Source: Botryllus schlosseri (taxonomy: Eukaryota). Taken from it: a DNA stretch of 64,000 bases. The stretch is taken from positions 7,194,001 through 7,258,000 of the forward strand of contig CM119371.1 of the NCBI GenBank assembly GCA_051294905.1. Direction: 5' to 3'. Below are positions 60,913 to 64,000 of the stretch, in pieces (the first letter of the stretch is position 1; each line of letters opens with the position of its first letter). A program made the position numbers and the translations under genes. Under the pieces are notes generated by a model. It was not told where the DNA came from. It saw nothing but the letters and a program-made list of their open reading frames with translations, and did not search any database.

Positions 60913-63229
60913 CAGTTGGTCCAGGCCATATCCCCACTATCTCGAAACATCATGAAAATTGGCATGCTTACAGATCTTTGTTTTCTGATTTCAGAAATCC
61001 AAATTTCAACAAAAAAGGTCAACTAAATCTGAAGGTATGACCGTCCAAAAATTGCCATTTTTGTGATCGTTCAGGCGGAAAAATTGTCAGAAATATAAAC
61101 ATGTAACTTAAATTTGCCATAACTCGATCGAATTTGGGTTGTTGAGAATGACACTTTCACACTTGTTCATTTACATCCTACTTGATACTTTGCCCCCTAC
61201 TTTGACTCCTGGGGTTGCATAGTCTGACCTTTAACCCTGTGATTCTGCTCATGTCTTCAAAAATCGCTCACGCACAATTTCTTTTGGCTAAGAGGTGGTG
61301 TCATCAAATGTAAGGTGTCATTGGAAAGGTCTTGACAAGGACTTTCAAAATCAACGATAACATTCCTCGCTATAGAATCATTACTTACCATAAGAGTGCC
61401 ATGAAACTAACCTGCAAATAACATGTATTGATTGAAAATCTCACCTTTCTTAACACGACACAAACTCTGTAAGACAACTTATTTTACTTTTATTCTATAT
61501 ACAGTACCTATTGTACTATACACCAGGTAGTCAGTATAACTCAGAACAGATAATTGCTGCCATAAATTATGCTGGAAATAATTTTGGGAGATATTTTTAA
61601 AATAATGGAGAAAATTTGCTACACAGTTTGAGGTGAACACACAATACTTCGAAAATTAATCAGAATTCACAACTATCGCAATGATAAGATGCAATATCTC
61701 ATGTATTGTAGTTTTCATGTTATGGTGAGATATTAACAACGCACATATCAGTGTCTTCATGCTGTTGGTGAATCTCCAGTAAAGCTGCATTCTCTTTCTG
61801 GAAATCGAAAAATTAGATACGGAAAAAGAAAAATACAAGATTTGAATCTCAATGTTGAAACAAAGTTTGCCAAGGTTTTACATGTTGATGAGATTCAAGA
61901 ATTTGTAGGGACGGGAAAAGACGAATATGAAAATGAAGTTGCTTTTGAAATATCGTATTCAAAATATAAGAAAAAACAATAGCCCTAATTCAACAAGACC
62001 TCAAAAAATTCAAATCTTAACAATTGGTCAAGAATGAAAATCTCGGAAATTTTTGGAGTAAGTGGAAGGTTGGTGAGAGATGCGAAACAGCAAGAACAAG
62101 ACACTGGAGTTATTCTTTGCCACCACCACAAAAAGGGAAGATGCTTTCAGATGAAAAAATTGTGAAGTTTTTTGGAAACAGCAAACACAACAGGATGATG
62201 CCGGCGTTGAAAGACCTAGTTAGCATCAAAAAGAGTGTGTATAAACAACACTGAAAGTCAAAGAAGTTTGGAAGACATATCATCAAAGATAAATATATAT
62301 ATCTGATATGTGCAAGTGCGTAGTTGATATCTCACCATAATATGAAATCTACCAATCCGCTGACATTGATTTTCATTGTTATTGTCCATTTCATTGTTTA
62401 GTGCTGATCGTTGCCCAAATGTATTGTGTAGAATACATAAAATATTGCATCTTATCAGTGCGTTAGTTGTGAATTCTGATTCATTTTTGAAGTACTGTGT
62501 GTTCACCTCAAACTGTGTTTTTCAAAAATTATTTCCAGCATAATTTATGTCGGCAATTATCTGTTCTGAGTTATACTGACTACCTTGTGTATAGTACAAT
62601 AGGTACTGTATATAGAATAAAAGTAAAATTAGTTGTTTTACAGAGTTCGTGTCATGTTGAGAAAGGTGAGATTTTCAATTAAAACATGTTTTTTGCAGGT
62701 TAGTTTCATGGCACTCTTATGGTATGAAATGATTCTATAGCGAGGAATGTTATAGTTGATTCTGAAAGTCCTGATCAGGAGCTTTCCAATGACACCTGAC
62801 ACTTGATGACACCACCTCTTAGTCAAAAGAAATTGTGCAATTAAAAATGACTTCACGTGTGAGCGATTTTCGAAGACGCGAGCAGAATCATGGGGCTAAA
62901 GGTCAGACAATGCAACCCCAGGTGTCAAAGAAGGGGGCAAAGTATCAAGTAGGATGTAAATGAACAAGTGTGAAAGTGTCACCCTCAACAACCCAAATTT
63001 GACCAAAATATAGCAAATTTCAATTGCATGTGTAAATTTCTGTCATTTTTTTCCGCTTCAGCGATCACAAAAACAGCAATTTGTGAACGGCCATATCTTC
63101 GGTTGTACTGGATCGATTTTCATAAAATTTGTTTTTCTGAAATCAGAAAGAAAAGTTTCCCAAGCATACCAATTTTCATGATAATGTGAGAAGGTGGGGG
63201 CATATTTTGAAATTTTTCTGGACCACCTG
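60913..63229 (+). mobile_element. Foldback-like DNA transposon with about 740-bp inverted arms and a transposase remnant (Sola2-like)
   Basis: 60913-61650 is the reverse complement of 62475-63229; spacer frames KIQILT..WSRMKISEIFGVS..VRDAK..PPPQKGKMLSDEKIVKFF..RMMPALKDLVSIKK; no clear TSD. Confidence 0.7.
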
Positions 63230-63316
63230 GCATGAACTGACCTAACATTGTTAAACATGATACTTATTTAACTCTCATTAAACCCCTATCCACGTTCTGC
63301 TATTAAAACTCTAAAA

Positions 63317-63633
63317 CAGTGCTTCTCAAGCTTTTTTAGGCACGCCTTCCTTTATGATAATGAAAAATTTTGCGCCCGCCTTATCATGATATTACAAAAT
63401 AATAAAAAGTGTCACCAGAATGCTAGCAATCCCAATGAATAGTTTGATGGCATGGAAGGTTCTGGCTGTTGATGAGAGAATTCTCAAATATAAAAGTCAG
63501 AGAATACACAGAGCATAAACGATATGCTGGGGTGCTGGGGGTGAATCACGCTAAGCGCGAAACTTTTTTTCGGTGAACTTTGGCGTCGAGCCACCCTTCT
63601 GATGCTTTAACGCCCGCAGTTCGAGAATCACTG
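63317..63633. mobile_element. Small Charlie-type hAT MITE
   Basis: cagtgcttctcaagct..agttcgagaatcactg; interior matches 11564-11812; TSD ctctaaaa/cactgaaa. Confidence 0.75.
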
Positions 63634-64000
63634 CACTGAAATGTATATAACAAAGCATGTTTTCTTGTTCGCTACCTTCCGAGCAGTGTGCAGCTTGAAA
63701 GCGTGTATGTTGCGCGAAGCTTGCAGTTTTTCTGAGTTTTTCCCTCCCTTGACCACAAGTTTAGTGTTTTTGTCATAAGACCAACTCTAATTAATATCCT
63801 TAATCTCGGCAACATGCTCGGCAAAAACTAAAAGGATGAGTTTACCCCTGAATCCAGTATACAAATATTTAGTGCTCTAGTCTAAACCTAAGACTTTTTT
63901 GGCATGCCCGTTAATAATTTATGGGTGATAGATATGATGAGTCATATAGTAATCGCAAGCACTGATTGACTTGTTTTACAAATTGGGGATTTGGAAACGT

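Overview
Eukaryotic (animal, probably invertebrate; the style fits a tunicate but that cannot be proven here) AT-rich genomic DNA. Only two intact genes are supported: intronless BTB-BACK-Kelch (KLHL-like, putative CUL3 adaptor) paralogs at 24266-25885 (+) and 55453-57081 (-). They face each other in a large, diverged inverted duplication (arms about 24090-44905 and 48301-57240). Two more partial copies of the same downstream unit (1-9660, 57250-59090) point to a larger gene array. By-eye alignment shows a near-identical BTB domain but a strongly diverged propeller, with changes clustered in the substrate-face loops. Each unit also carries a decayed multi-exon gene with compatible exon phases. 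Most of the rest is transposons, many with exact TIRs and TSDs: an 8.2-kb CACTG (EnSpm/CMC) element with a decayed accessory gene, a CACTA MITE, Chapaev3, piggyBac, many hAT MITEs, Merlin/MULE-like and Tc1/pogo-like MITEs, a Sola2-like foldback, tRNA-SINEs, a young CR1/L2-group LINE end, and a Penelope-like insertion with an intact minimal hammerhead ribozyme. Insertions are nested up to four deep. No CRISPR, rRNA or real tRNA. All alignments and counts were done by eye and family names come from motif recall, not database searches.
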